Positions 23,284-38,444 of a stretch of 64,000 bases of DNA are shown in pieces. Every line of letters begins with the position of its first letter. Positions within the stretch are counted from its first letter, which is position 1. The notes beneath the pieces were generated by a model, which worked only from the letters and a program-made list of their open reading frames with translations, did no database searches and was not told where the DNA came from. The stretch lies in sequence record MK327931.1; one strand, 5' to 3'. Both the position numbers and the translations under genes were made by a program.

Positions 23284-24401
23284 TATTCCTCACTAATATC
23301 CACATCAGTACCAAAAGTTTCATCACCTTTTTCTTCTTCTTTAACTTCTTCAATCAAAGGATGATTTTTAAATTGATGCATTACCAAATCAAGACATGAA
23401 TCTTCATTACGCATCCACTCTTTGCGATATTTTAGAATCTGTTCGCCAGTTACAATATCAACATACAATAGACGGTTACCTGATTTAGTGATTAGACCGT
23501 ATTTTTCAAACATATCTAGTAGACCACTACGTGGGTCCATACCTTTATCCCAAGGAATTTTAATTTCTACATCTTCGAACGGCTTGTTGTAACGAGTCTT
23601 CATGACTTTACATTTAGCACGAATACCATTTACTTCGGAAGTTTTATTTCCGTCTTCATCTTCTTTAAGTTTTAATTTACCCATTGCGATAACCATAGAT
23701 GAAGCATAAATCAAGCCACTACCACCTGAAACTTTAGGATCTGGGTTAAACATGTCCTGAGATTCATAACTGTGGTTAACGCAAACCATACCAATGTTCA
23801 ATGAACCAATAGAGTTTACACAGTTTGTGATATATGCTTTAAGCTGTTTGGGTTTATGACCCATGTCACCTTTAAGGTTACCCGCTTTCATTTGATCATT
23901 GGCTACTTCAGTGTTTAGCATACCAATTGAATCAATAATAAACAATACTTTTTGACGTTCATCTTTAGGTGTATTTTCGTATTCTTTACGATATCCTTCA
24001 ATGAACTCATAGGTGAATTTTGCAACGTCACCAATCATACCCATATTGACTTTCAAAAGTTTTTCTTCAGAAGTGTCAACACCAAGTGCTTGAAGCCAAT
24101 CTGAATCCAATGCGTTCTCTGAGTCAATCATAACAACAAAGATGCCTTGTTTTTGAGCTTCACGTGCAATATTACCAGATACGATAAAAGATTTACCACT
24201 ACCTGATTCACCAGCAAACATCGTTACTTTGCCTAGTGGGATACCACGGTCAAAATAGCCACTGATGCGATAATTTAGTGCATAGTTACCAGTACTAACC
24301 CATGTATCTGGATCATGAAAACCAACACTAACACCAGTATTCTTTTTAACACTACCAGTACTGTTTTTAAGAATGTTCGCAAAACCACTTGTCATTTTCA
24401 T
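23283..24401 (-). CDS. uvsX: RecA-like recombinase UvsX
   Basis: AGESGSGKS, IDSENALD, IIDSIGML, SGGSGLIYASS, KTRYNKPF. Confidence 0.95.
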   Translation of the reverse strand: MKMTSGFANILKNSTGSVKKNTGVSVGFHDPDTWVSTGNYALNYRISGYFDRGIPLGKVTMFAGESGSGKSFIVSGNIAREAQKQGIFVVMIDSENALDSDWLQALGVDTSEEKLLKVNMGMIGDVAKFTYEFIEGYRKEYENTPKDERQKVLFIIDSIGMLNTEVANDQMKAGNLKGDMGHKPKQLKAYITNCVNSIGSLNIGMVCVNHSYESQDMFNPDPKVSGGSGLIYASSMVIAMGKLKLKEDEDGNKTSEVNGIRAKCKVMKTRYNKPFEDVEIKIPWDKGMDPRSGLLDMFEKYGLITKSGNRLLYVDIVTGEQILKYRKEWMRNEDSCLDLVMHQFKNHPLIEEVKEEEKGDETFGTDVDISEE

Positions 24402-24425
24402 AATTCGCTCCTTGAATTTTATGAA

Positions 24426-24453
24426 ATAAAACGGGGCAAACTCCGTTGCCCCT
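24426..24453 (-). terminator. Intrinsic terminator after gp32
   Basis: GGGGCAA-cggagt-TTGCCCC-GTTTTATTT. Confidence 0.75.
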
Positions 24454-24470
24454 TAACTTTTCAAAAACTA

Positions 24471-25523
24471 TTACTTACCTTGTTGTTTCAAACGAGCAAC
24501 TAGTGCAGATGCAGATAGTTGTTCTTTTGGTGCTTCAGGAGTGGTTGCTGCTGGGGTAGCGACTGGAGTTACTGGAGCAGCTTGTGGGGCTGGTGTAACT
24601 GGAGCAGTAGGTGCTACTGGTGCAGGTGCTGACTCTTGTTGTACTGGAGCAGGAGTTGGTTTTGATTCAGTAACAGTTCCAGAGTTAGGTTTTGGTACAC
24701 CTGCTGGACGATATGCAAATGCCCAACGTGCTGGATCATATGCTTCACCATTTACTGATGCTTCGAACATTTCTTCAATTGCTTTCAACTCTTCTGGAGT
24801 TGGTTGTTTTGGCATAAAATCATTTAGATTGTATAGGCCATATTTTTCAATTGCTGCTAGTTCTTCTTCGTTTAGTGGACGCTCAGACATGGAGAATTGA
24901 GACATGTCGTAGCTATTATAACCACCACCATTCTTAGTTTTAACAATACCAAAATCACGACCTTGAACGTAGTGAGTTGGAGACTCTTTGATGCCTGGGT
25001 TTAGCAGGATGGATTTAACTTTATCAAAGATATCTTTGTTAGCCAGAATACGACGAATTGGATTTTCTGGTGCAATGTCGTCTTTTACTGCAACGCTATC
25101 AGGAGCAATAAAACATTGCATTAGATAGGTTTTCTTCTTCCAGTAACGACCAGCCATTGCTTTTAGTTCTTCGTTCCCTGTTTCATTCGCACTTTGGAAC
25201 CATTGACGTACTTCTTTCAGAACCGGACAGGATTTAGGAACCCACATTTCGTTACAAGGTACTTGAACGGTAACTTTATCAGTGTGCATACCGACTACAC
25301 CATTGAAAGTTAGGTTAATCATGTCACGTTCACGCCAGAAGAATGGGTTAGACTCATCTGCATCTGGTAGAAAACGTAGGTTTAGTGGTTCGTTATAAGG
25401 TACGTTCCAGAAAGCTAAGAACGAATCAGCTTTACGCTCGCCAGTAAATGTACCATTCTTTTGAGCTTCTGCTTTTTCTTGTTCTGCTTTTAGGTGTGCA
25501 CGAATTTCAGCTAGAGATTTCAT
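24471..25523 (-). CDS. gp32: Single-stranded DNA-binding protein
   Basis: LRFLPD...PFFW, CPVL.E, YWKKKTY, GRDF.I.K, Y..S.F; Pro/Ala-rich tail. Confidence 0.9.
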   Translation of the reverse strand: MKSLAEIRAHLKAEQEKAEAQKNGTFTGERKADSFLAFWNVPYNEPLNLRFLPDADESNPFFWRERDMINLTFNGVVGMHTDKVTVQVPCNEMWVPKSCPVLKEVRQWFQSANETGNEELKAMAGRYWKKKTYLMQCFIAPDSVAVKDDIAPENPIRRILANKDIFDKVKSILLNPGIKESPTHYVQGRDFGIVKTKNGGGYNSYDMSQFSMSERPLNEEELAAIEKYGLYNLNDFMPKQPTPEELKAIEEMFEASVNGEAYDPARWAFAYRPAGVPKPNSGTVTESKPTPAPVQQESAPAPVAPTAPVTPAPQAAPVTPVATPAATTPEAPKEQLSASALVARLKQQGK

Positions 25524-25610
25524 ATATATCTTCCTTGATTTTGGGTTTCTTTGTTATTTGTTAATTGGCTTCAATGTTTCAGAAACTTCATTGTTCCTTC
25601 AACGTTTTAC

Positions 25611-25638
25611 ATTATAGCACAGGTTTTTATACTGTCCC
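25611..25638 (-). promoter_or_regulatory. Phage middle-like promoter, gp32 proximal (GGGACA-N16-TATAAT)
   Basis: tgggacagtataaaaacctgtgctataat. Confidence 0.78.
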
Positions 25639-25650
25639 ATATTTTTTTAA

Positions 25651-30908
<5,258 letters not shown>

Positions 30909-30917
30909 TCATTGATA

Positions 30918-30945
30918 ATTATAGCACATCTTGAATCACTTTCCC
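30918..30945 (-). promoter_or_regulatory. Phage middle-like promoter (GGGAAA-N16-TATAAT)
   Basis: tgggaaagtgattcaagatgtgctataat upstream of rnh. Confidence 0.6.
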
Positions 30946-31069
30946 AGATTTGATAAATAATATCATAGAAATTCATTAAATATCTCAGTAAATTTAAATG
31001 CTAGTGATATTTTTTGATAAATAACTTTAAGCAGGATATACCTGCACAAAATTTGACAAGGAGATTTTC

Positions 31070-31669
31070 ATGAGTCTTAATTCTTTTAACCGTAACTATG
31101 GTATGTCTAGCGTTGCTCGCGAATGGTGGGGTGGTAATAACGGTTTCGTTACCATCGTAATCGATCTACCAACTGATGTTGAACTAGGTACTACCAAAGT
31201 TACTTCTGACGGTTCTGATGTTCAAGCTGAAGCGTATCAAACTGCTCTAAGTAATGCTCAATATAACCTATTCATGGTTACCCAACTACTACAACAACGT
31301 GCAGTTCTAGTTACTACCTCTCTACTAGCTCTTGATTCAGAAGTTGTTATTCCTGCTGATTTCAAAAATGCTAATCCAAACGTAGTTGCATTCGGTACTA
31401 GTGGTGCTGATGTAGCAGGTGGTGCTAATTCTGTTGCATTGACTTTCATCTGTGAACGTCAAGACGTATTTAACAAGCAAGAAGTTCGTCCTGGTTCAGC
31501 ATGTCCTGCTCCAGTTGATCCAACTGTTGACCTAGCTAAGTCTATCGCTCAAGCTAAAGTTTTCCGTACCAAAACTTTCGTAAGTCAAGGTACTGATGGT
31601 GTTGGTGATGCAGGTGCATCTACTGCTGTAGCAATTAAAGTACGTGCTGCTCTTCCTGTTCAACTATAA
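31070..31669 (+). CDS. Highly expressed virion protein, paralogue A (capsid decoration-like)
   Basis: GATAAATA late-like elements upstream; strong codon bias; shares QQRAV and TF..ER..VFNK with the next gene. Confidence 0.6.
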   Translation: MSLNSFNRNYGMSSVAREWWGGNNGFVTIVIDLPTDVELGTTKVTSDGSDVQAEAYQTALSNAQYNLFMVTQLLQQRAVLVTTSLLALDSEVVIPADFKNANPNVVAFGTSGADVAGGANSVALTFICERQDVFNKQEVRPGSACPAPVDPTVDLAKSIAQAKVFRTKTFVSQGTDGVGDAGASTAVAIKVRAALPVQL

Positions 31670-31683
31670 TAGGAGGATAGATT

Positions 31684-32373
31684 ATGTCATATACTAATAC
31701 TTCTTTTGAACGTATCAATGGTTATTCCTTTGAACGTATTCTAGGTTACTTTTGTGGCACTAACGCCCTAGCATCCATTGCTATCAGTAAGCTAGGAAAC
31801 GTAAACGTTCTAGTTACTGGTGCAGTTTCTTCTTATGCTGGTCTACAACGTTTTCTAAACACTGATATTCCAGAAGAAATTCTAGCATATCTAAATGATA
31901 AAGGTATCAAACGTATTGATGGAACTGCATTTGTTCTTGGCACACTAGAAGCTGATTACAATGCATCTTATGCAGCACAAACTAACGTTAAACGTATTGT
32001 CGATGTTGTTCAACAACGTGCGGTTATCATCGCTACCTCTAACATCGCAGGTAATGGTCTTGAAGTATTTCCAGTTACTGGTTTCACCAACGCACCTGAT
32101 GGTGTATTGAGTGCAGGTTCAGTTAGTATTGCTGATGCTTCCGTTGTAACCTTCCTAGTTGAACGTGCTGGTGTCTTTAACAAAGATCTTAAATCACCAC
32201 AAGGTGTACCAAGTACTGAATCCGAAGAAGGCCGTCTACTAATTGATGATCTAACTGGTGTTCCGCTACTTGCTAAAGATGGTGTTACTGAAGTTTATCT
32301 ACGTTCCCAGTCTGCTGATGCAGCAGGGGATTTCGGTGTTAAACTTTTCCAATACATCCCAGCATTGGTTTAA
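31684..32373 (+). CDS. Highly expressed virion protein, paralogue B
   Basis: VQQRAVIIATS and VTFLVERAGVFNK match paralogue A; strong AGGAGG SD. Confidence 0.6.
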   Translation: MSYTNTSFERINGYSFERILGYFCGTNALASIAISKLGNVNVLVTGAVSSYAGLQRFLNTDIPEEILAYLNDKGIKRIDGTAFVLGTLEADYNASYAAQTNVKRIVDVVQQRAVIIATSNIAGNGLEVFPVTGFTNAPDGVLSAGSVSIADASVVTFLVERAGVFNKDLKSPQGVPSTESEEGRLLIDDLTGVPLLAKDGVTEVYLRSQSADAAGDFGVKLFQYIPALV

Positions 32374-32386
32374 TATTTTACAAAAG

Positions 32387-32415
32387 AAAAGGAGAGCAAA
32401 TGCTCTCCTTTTTTT
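32387..32415. terminator. Bidirectional intrinsic terminator
   Basis: AAAAGGAGAGC-aaat-GCTCTCC-TTTTTTT between convergent genes. Confidence 0.85.
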
Positions 32416-32419
32416 ATTT

Positions 32420-33157
32420 TTATCTATATGAACGAAATCCTTCAGGTAAACCAGGTAGCTTGTCTAATCCTTCGTTCGCACTCACTAGCTTTGTGTCGTA
32501 ATCATCACTGAAATCATCCGTAGCAAGTTTACGCCCCAAGTCTCTAACAAAGTTATCTATGATTTCTTCTTCATCATTACCTGGATGACCTTCGGCTTTC
32601 AACTTTTTCCAGAAATATTCGTTATAGTCAAAAACAAACTCAACTTCATTTGTTTCAGGATCAAGAACCACATCCAAATCAATCCAAGGCTCTTTTCGAA
32701 GTGTATATATCTCCTTTGAATATTCACTTTGAGTGATTTCTTCATAACGATATGCAAATTCTATAGCCTTAAGCCTTTTTTCATCACCGTCTGGCATTAA
32801 CTCAATGATTTCCATATCATATTCTTTTTCAGTAATAGAACCAGTACTTAGTTTTGCATCAAGAACTTTAACATTATACTGTTCACGAGTAATTTTAGAA
32901 TATTTTAGTTCAACATCAAGTACAGTAATTAGATATTCCAAATCTCCAATTACGCTATATTTCTTTTTAATATCCAATTGGGCCAGTTCAACTTCATATG
33001 GAGTTAGATATGTCAATTCAGCAACTTTCATATCAGCTTCATAATCATCATTGTAGTAGTATGCTTTAGCTATCTCTTTTGCCTTTCCAGAAAGTCCCCA
33101 GTGAGCAGGGACCATCCAAAATGGAATAAATTTCTTTTTAGCCATTTTTCTTACCAA
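32420..33157 (-). CDS. Hypothetical protein with SHOCT-like short repeats
   Basis: Four x-I-T/G-x-x-E/Q-Y repeats. Confidence 0.6.
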   Translation of the reverse strand: MVRKMAKKKFIPFWMVPAHWGLSGKAKEIAKAYYYNDDYEADMKVAELTYLTPYEVELAQLDIKKKYSVIGDLEYLITVLDVELKYSKITREQYNVKVLDAKLSTGSITEKEYDMEIIELMPDGDEKRLKAIEFAYRYEEITQSEYSKEIYTLRKEPWIDLDVVLDPETNEVEFVFDYNEYFWKKLKAEGHPGNDEEEIIDNFVRDLGRKLATDDFSDDYDTKLVSANEGLDKLPGLPEGFRSYR

Positions 33158-33437
33158 AAATCTCTTCGATTTTCATTACATAATATGTATCTTCACCACC
33201 ACCAAGATCTTCAGTCAGAGGTGTGTTCAAAGATGAACGACCAAACACAACCATATCACCTTCTTTAATATTATGTTCTGCAAGTTGTCCGTTCGGAAGA
33301 ATTTTACCTGGACCAACGGAAATTACCATCCCAATACATGGTGGTTCAACATTACCTAGAATAATACCACCAGTACTTTTATTCTGTGCTTCAATTTGTC
33401 GAACAAGAACGTAATCATTAATCATTTTAATTTTCAT
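33138..33437 (-). CDS. groES: GroES-like co-chaperonin
   Basis: NDYVLVR...KSTGGIILG...GMVISVGPG...IKEGDMVVF...EEIFG. Confidence 0.93.
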   Translation of the reverse strand: MKIKMINDYVLVRQIEAQNKSTGGIILGNVEPPCIGMVISVGPGKILPNGQLAEHNIKEGDMVVFGRSSLNTPLTEDLGGGEDTYYVMKIEEIFGKKNG

Positions 33438-33438
33438 A

Positions 33439-33645
33439 TTAGTAACCTCCAGTATTTGCAAACCATTTTCCACGGAAATAAAGATTAGCACCCTTATCAC
33501 CTGGAGTGAACACTTCCAACTTCATAGTTTTTTCACCATTACATTTAGGACAATCATGAGGTTCATCACGATTTGCAATTTTAACAATTTTTTCCATGCT
33601 ATGTTTGCATTCTTCTTTTTCACAACGATATGTATATAATGGCAT
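33439..33645 (-). CDS. FmdB-family zinc-ribbon protein
   Basis: MPLYTYRC...C...CPKC. Confidence 0.8.
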   Translation of the reverse strand: MPLYTYRCEKEECKHSMEKIVKIANRDEPHDCPKCNGEKTMKLEVFTPGDKGANLYFRGKWFANTGGY

Positions 33646-33701
33646 TTTGTATTCCTTTACTTTTTAAATCAAACTAATTTGGGGAACATAGTGTTCCCCG
33701 T

Positions 33702-33709
33702 TATTTATA
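33702..33709 (-). promoter_or_regulatory. T4-type late promoter TATAAATA
   Basis: Exact consensus upstream of the zinc-ribbon/GroES genes. Confidence 0.65.
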
Positions 33710-34441
33710 TTAGCAGCCTGTTACGTAAAATTTGTATACTGCAATTCCAGTATCTAGTGTTACATTTAGCATACCAGTTTTAGTAATACCAAGTGATACT
33801 GATTCGGCATTAGATACGCGAGATAATGCTTGAAGTACGCGATCAATATTATAACCAAAACCAAGACCTAATTCACCTTCAGTTTTAGAAAAAGCTAGAG
33901 AACCAACGTGGTTACTTTTGTTTTTCTCACCAACGTGAAAGTATAGGGTGTCGCCTTCAGTATACGGAGTTACAAGAGAACTAAAAGATTTAAATACACC
34001 AGAAAAACTCTTTAGTTCCTGAACTTTTGCTGCACTAGGAATAACCTGTACGTCATATGGTTGTTCATGAAAACGTGGTTGAACTGGAATAAGTTTTTCA
34101 GCTTGTACCATAAATGTAGTGCTTGCATCTTCAGATTTAAATGCCAGACTTTTAACTGAACCATCTTTAACATTTGATGTGATTGTGGTTCCTTCGGTAC
34201 TGTATGTTTTTAGAGACATTAGACCCTGAAGAAGACCTAGATTACCTAAGCCAAAACGACCCTGAACTTCAGGAACATCTTCTTTAGTATATGCTCGCAT
34301 TACAAGAGTTCGGTCATCTGTGTACGCTTCTAGATATACACGTTGTCCTTCACCACGGTCTTCACTGCTTACTGCAATACAAGAGAAGTCAATACCACTG
34401 GTTGTGTTTACGAGGTCACGTAGTACGTTGCGTAGATCCAT
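33710..34441 (-). CDS. gp45: Sliding clamp
   Basis: 243 aa, two-domain beta-rich pattern (FGLGNLGLL.GL, L.F..GE), position near the polymerase. Confidence 0.7.
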   Translation of the reverse strand: MDLRNVLRDLVNTTSGIDFSCIAVSSEDRGEGQRVYLEAYTDDRTLVMRAYTKEDVPEVQGRFGLGNLGLLQGLMSLKTYSTEGTTITSNVKDGSVKSLAFKSEDASTTFMVQAEKLIPVQPRFHEQPYDVQVIPSAAKVQELKSFSGVFKSFSSLVTPYTEGDTLYFHVGEKNKSNHVGSLAFSKTEGELGLGFGYNIDRVLQALSRVSNAESVSLGITKTGMLNVTLDTGIAVYKFYVTGC

Positions 34442-34505
34442 TATATAATTCTCCGTTTTATTTGTTAATCAAAAAATGTTTTTATGTAAGATTACTACAA
34501 GCACC

Positions 34506-34533
34506 ATTATATCTCAAAAATGATGCTTGTCTC
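34506..34533 (-). promoter_or_regulatory. Phage middle-like promoter (GAGACA-N16-TATAAT)
   Basis: tgagacaagcatcatttttgagatataat upstream of the clamp. Confidence 0.72.
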
Positions 34534-34542
34534 AATTTTTTA

Positions 34543-34839
34543 TCAGTATTTTGTATTCCAACGTTGAAGATAAGGCTTATCAATTGTAGAACTCATGCCA
34601 ATTTTATCGCGTAATTTTTTCAAGTCTTTTAATGTATGTACATCATCGACAAAAACAACTTTACGCTTTTTCACAAGAGTGTAAACATCAGCAATCTCTC
34701 CGTCAACTTCCACTGAACCAGTGCGAGTAAAACCCGCACCAATTAGAACTACTTCTTCATCATTATCATATGCTAGTACAGAATTAATGATACCATTACC
34801 TTCTAATACTTCACCAATACGCTTATATATATTACTCAT
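34543..34839 (-). CDS. Hypothetical protein
   Basis: 98 aa in the pol operon. Confidence 0.6.
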   Translation of the reverse strand: MSNIYKRIGEVLEGNGIINSVLAYDNDEEVVLIGAGFTRTGSVEVDGEIADVYTLVKKRKVVFVDDVHTLKDLKKLRDKIGMSSTIDKPYLQRWNTKY

Positions 34840-34981
34840 TATTTTTACCTTGTAATGAAGTCCATTCTACATATTTTTCCCATGCCTCATTTACACTTTC
34901 TTCAGTAAGATTCAACATCTCATTAGTGAAAGTATCGTTTACTTCATCATAGTTTAGTTCAATTTCATTTACAATAACCAT
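34832..34981 (-). CDS. 49-aa acidic hypothetical protein (not in track)
   Basis: MVIVNEIELNYDEVNDTFTNEMLNLTEESVNEAWEKYVEWTSLQGKNNE; TAAGGAG SD; fills the gap after pol. Confidence 0.7.
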   Translation of the reverse strand: MVIVNEIELNYDEVNDTFTNEMLNLTEESVNEAWEKYVEWTSLQGKNNE

Positions 34982-34992
34982 ATTATTACTCC

Positions 34993-37900
34993 TTACCAAG
35001 TGAAGAATCCATTGTTTACTGACGCAGTACTTTTTTCATGAATACCAATATCCATATCCAAAATACCAAAAATATTCTCTAATTTTTTAGTTAGAACAAT
35101 CTCTTCCATTTTTTCAGTATCAAATGGTAGTTCCAAGAACCATTCTGGTAGATACTCAACACAGTCAATTGGATATCCAACAGCTTTAATTCCCATAGGA
35201 TTATCTTTTAAGTTACAGACAATTACTTTTGTTCCATCTGTTACTTCTGGAACAGATTTATCATCATAAACTTCACGTAGACGGTTCCATTGGATACCAG
35301 CAAGAACGTGACCAACTTTACACTTACCAGTTAGCTGATATTCAGCCTCTAAATTAGTGTAGTTTTTTACAGTTTTTGGTGAACCTTTTTCATGTACAGG
35401 CATATCCTTAAATACGTCCTTAAACTCACGTACACGCTGTTTTAGCTGCTGTTCACTCTCACCTACCAGTAATGCGATTAGAGTCTCTTCTAGGAAGTTC
35501 TGGATGTATTTTGGCGTGTCTGAGCGTTTAATTTCAAGACCCATCGCTTTGATTTCACCTGGTTTACCATCAATATCTTTACGGAACCCATCTTCCCAGT
35601 ACTTCAGAATTGCATAACGTTTTTTCTTCAAGAATAGGCCACGTGAACCAACCATCTCAAGGTCTGCACCAACAATCTTACCTTTTTCAATACCAGTGTT
35701 GAACATCTCATGCATAAATGATGGGAAAGATTCACCAACTTCTTCACCAATTTTAATATACATATCAACAATCTCTTCTTTAGATAGATTATATGGAATA
35801 CCTTGTTCTTTCAGATAATGCGTTACACTAAAGTAAACTGAGTCAGTATCACCATAAATTACTGAACCACCTTGGTGATTATATACACCAGTAGTAATCT
35901 CATTGATACGACTTGCCATATGTTTGGTCATAGAACGTCCAGTTAATGTTACGGATTGACCTAAACGTTTGTCAAAGAAACGAGAACCTTTGTTCAATAG
36001 TGCACCATATAGACTGTTTAGAAGAATCTTACGAATCTGTTGGTTCTGTTTCCAGAAAGCACTACGTTGTTTGAAGTAATCTTTTTCTTCTTTAGGACAG
36101 AAAATACGACCATCTTTTAGTACTAAACCATTTTCTACAATCAACTTAGCAACTTCATCCCATTGTCCTTTACCAATTTCTTTACGAAGTAAGTATACAG
36201 GATCATTATCATGAATATTAGTTCTAAACATTGTACCAGGGGTATAGTTTGATAGTAGTGGTTCGACTTTTTCATAGCCATTAAACTCCCAACCATCAGT
36301 ATACATATGTTTATAGTCAATGACCATTTTTTGCTGTGCTTTACGTTCAGAATACCATTGAGTTAGAATGTCAGGAATTACACCAGACTTAGACTTATCA
36401 AAAAGTGTTCCGTTTGCACTAAGTACAATAGTACTATCTTCTGCAAAAATAATATCATATAGCTCTTTGCCCGTTGCTTTAAAAGAACTCCCATCTTCTA
36501 AATCAACAATCAATGTTTCTTCTGACTTTTCATGAACCATTGTAAATTCAACAGCAGCAAATAAACCATGCCATGCCGCAGTCCAATCTGGTTCAAATGA
36601 TTTAGATTTAGATTTGTTCTTCTGTTCTTGGATTTTAGCTGCAAGATACGCATCGGTGTAATCTTGACGTAATTGACCAAGAATACATTCAGTACTCATA
36701 CCCAAAGTACGTAGAACAGTAGGGTAAAGAGAGTTAAAGTCAGTACACCCAAGGTCACTTACAAGTCCTAGTACTGGATCTTGTACCCATGCACCTGCTG
36801 CTTTTGCACTAATTTTCTCATCTTCATCTTCACCATCTTCACCATAATATTCCATTTCTGGATCAAACTCAAGATCATCTTTAGGTGCTTTGTTAAAAAC
36901 AACTTCACCACGAGTATGTGCTAAGTTGATAATAGCAGTGTCGATTAGTGCTACTGAACCCATTGTTGTGCTGATAAGTACACATTCTTTGTGTGCAAGT
37001 CGATTGTGTAGGTTGATATAGTCACATTTAGCATCAATCTTTTTAAGAAGAATACTATCCTGTTTAGAATAACGCAAGAAAGTAATGTAATCCTCTCTGT
37101 AAAGTTTATCCAATGAACCTTCATATGATACTTTATTTTCTTTAGTTACTTTTTCAGCAATATAATCTAGTTTATAAGATTGTTCAACTTGACCAGCATG
37201 TTTCTTATACAAAGCCAAATAATCAAGATGGACGCGACCTACCAGATCATATGTTTGAACAGTTTTACCAAAGTTGTCTGCTTCACGTGAATTTGGTTTT
37301 TTATTCCATAAACACCAACGAGCAGTTGTTGCTTCATTGAAGATTTTTTTAGTTCGATTGATCATATATGGAATATCAAAGAATTCACTATTCCATCCTG
37401 AAATAACATCAGAATCATCAATTAAACTAAAGAATTCCATAAACATTTCCTTTTCGTCTGTATATAAAATTACAGTACTGTTAGGATCGTTTGTTTCTTC
37501 ATTTAGTTGGCGAACAATATCTTGTGCTTCATAAATTTCCATATCAGCAGGTGGTAAAGTAAGTACATAATCCTTTCCAGTCCACGATTGATATAGAGAA
37601 ATAGCGGTTACTCGGTTAAACGGGTCTGATGGTGGAGCATAACCAAATTTCTTATGGAAATCAGTCTCGATATCGAAGAACACGATGTTCAAATCGGGTG
37701 AACCTTTTCCCATATATTCTTTAGCTAATGTTTTAAATGTAATGTTACAATCACTTTCAAAAATACGTAGACCTTCACTTTTGTGTTGCTCTACACTTTT
37801 ATTCATTTGAGCTTGAGTTTGAAACTCAAAATGTTTAGCCATTGTACCATAAACAGTTTTATGTGTTCCTTGTGGGGATTCAACATAATATTCATATACT

Positions 37901-37998
37901 GGATCTAATTCGCGTAGAATACGTTTACCATTCTTACGTTCAACTACATGAAGAATATCACCAGTACGTTTACGTTCCATATAAGCATCGATATACAT
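34993..37998 (-). CDS. gp43: Family B DNA polymerase
   Basis: Exo motifs FFDIETD and GWNSEFFDIPY; pol motifs DFNSLYP, KILLNSLYG, YGDTDS, KKRY. Confidence 0.98.
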   Translation of the reverse strand: MYIDAYMERKRTGDILHVVERKNGKRILRELDPVYEYYVESPQGTHKTVYGTMAKHFEFQTQAQMNKSVEQHKSEGLRIFESDCNITFKTLAKEYMGKGSPDLNIVFFDIETDFHKKFGYAPPSDPFNRVTAISLYQSWTGKDYVLTLPPADMEIYEAQDIVRQLNEETNDPNSTVILYTDEKEMFMEFFSLIDDSDVISGWNSEFFDIPYMINRTKKIFNEATTARWCLWNKKPNSREADNFGKTVQTYDLVGRVHLDYLALYKKHAGQVEQSYKLDYIAEKVTKENKVSYEGSLDKLYREDYITFLRYSKQDSILLKKIDAKCDYINLHNRLAHKECVLISTTMGSVALIDTAIINLAHTRGEVVFNKAPKDDLEFDPEMEYYGEDGEDEDEKISAKAAGAWVQDPVLGLVSDLGCTDFNSLYPTVLRTLGMSTECILGQLRQDYTDAYLAAKIQEQKNKSKSKSFEPDWTAAWHGLFAAVEFTMVHEKSEETLIVDLEDGSSFKATGKELYDIIFAEDSTIVLSANGTLFDKSKSGVIPDILTQWYSERKAQQKMVIDYKHMYTDGWEFNGYEKVEPLLSNYTPGTMFRTNIHDNDPVYLLRKEIGKGQWDEVAKLIVENGLVLKDGRIFCPKEEKDYFKQRSAFWKQNQQIRKILLNSLYGALLNKGSRFFDKRLGQSVTLTGRSMTKHMASRINEITTGVYNHQGGSVIYGDTDSVYFSVTHYLKEQGIPYNLSKEEIVDMYIKIGEEVGESFPSFMHEMFNTGIEKGKIVGADLEMVGSRGLFLKKKRYAILKYWEDGFRKDIDGKPGEIKAMGLEIKRSDTPKYIQNFLEETLIALLVGESEQQLKQRVREFKDVFKDMPVHEKGSPKTVKNYTNLEAEYQLTGKCKVGHVLAGIQWNRLREVYDDKSVPEVTDGTKVIVCNLKDNPMGIKAVGYPIDCVEYLPEWFLELPFDTEKMEEIVLTKKLENIFGILDMDIGIHEKSTASVNNGFFTW

Positions 37999-38027
37999 CG
38001 TTTGTATTCCCTTACGTTTATTAAGTT

Positions 38028-38055
38028 AAAAAGAAAGCCTCCGTCATTGGAGGCT
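38028..38055 (-). terminator. Intrinsic terminator between dsbA-like gene and pol
   Basis: AGCCTCC-aatgac-GGAGGCT-TTCTTTTT. Confidence 0.7.
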
Positions 38056-38077
38056 ATTTAATATATTTTAGTACTAA

Positions 38078-38380
38078 TTAGTAATCATCTGCTTGTGGAA
38101 GATTATTAGTAACACTAAGAATAGTTTCGATATTATCGAGTTTATTTTGTTTGTCAAAGTAATCACCTTTGTACATACGTTGTGCAGCTTGTTTGATATC
38201 AGATGCATCGATACCAAGTTCATCAGAAACACTAGAAACAAAATCAGATAAGGATGCTTTGGTATCATCAATGAAAGTTAGTTGTACAACAATGTTGTTA
38301 AGTGCATCGCCGAGACGTTTACGTTGTTCATCGTTTAGATCACGAATTTCAACTTTAACTTCTTTTTTAGATTTAGCCAT
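38078..38380 (-). CDS. dsbA: T4 DsbA-like double-stranded DNA-binding protein
   Basis: MAKSKKEV...DELGID...A..MYK resembles T4 DsbA (MAKKEM...KDELGVD...L.LYHK). Confidence 0.7.
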   Translation of the reverse strand: MAKSKKEVKVEIRDLNDEQRKRLGDALNNIVVQLTFIDDTKASLSDFVSSVSDELGIDASDIKQAAQRMYKGDYFDKQNKLDNIETILSVTNNLPQADDY

Positions 38381-38444
38381 TTTGTATTTCTCCATGTGTG
38401 TTTTCAAAAAAATGTCACCTCACCACAATCGGTGAGATGACTTA

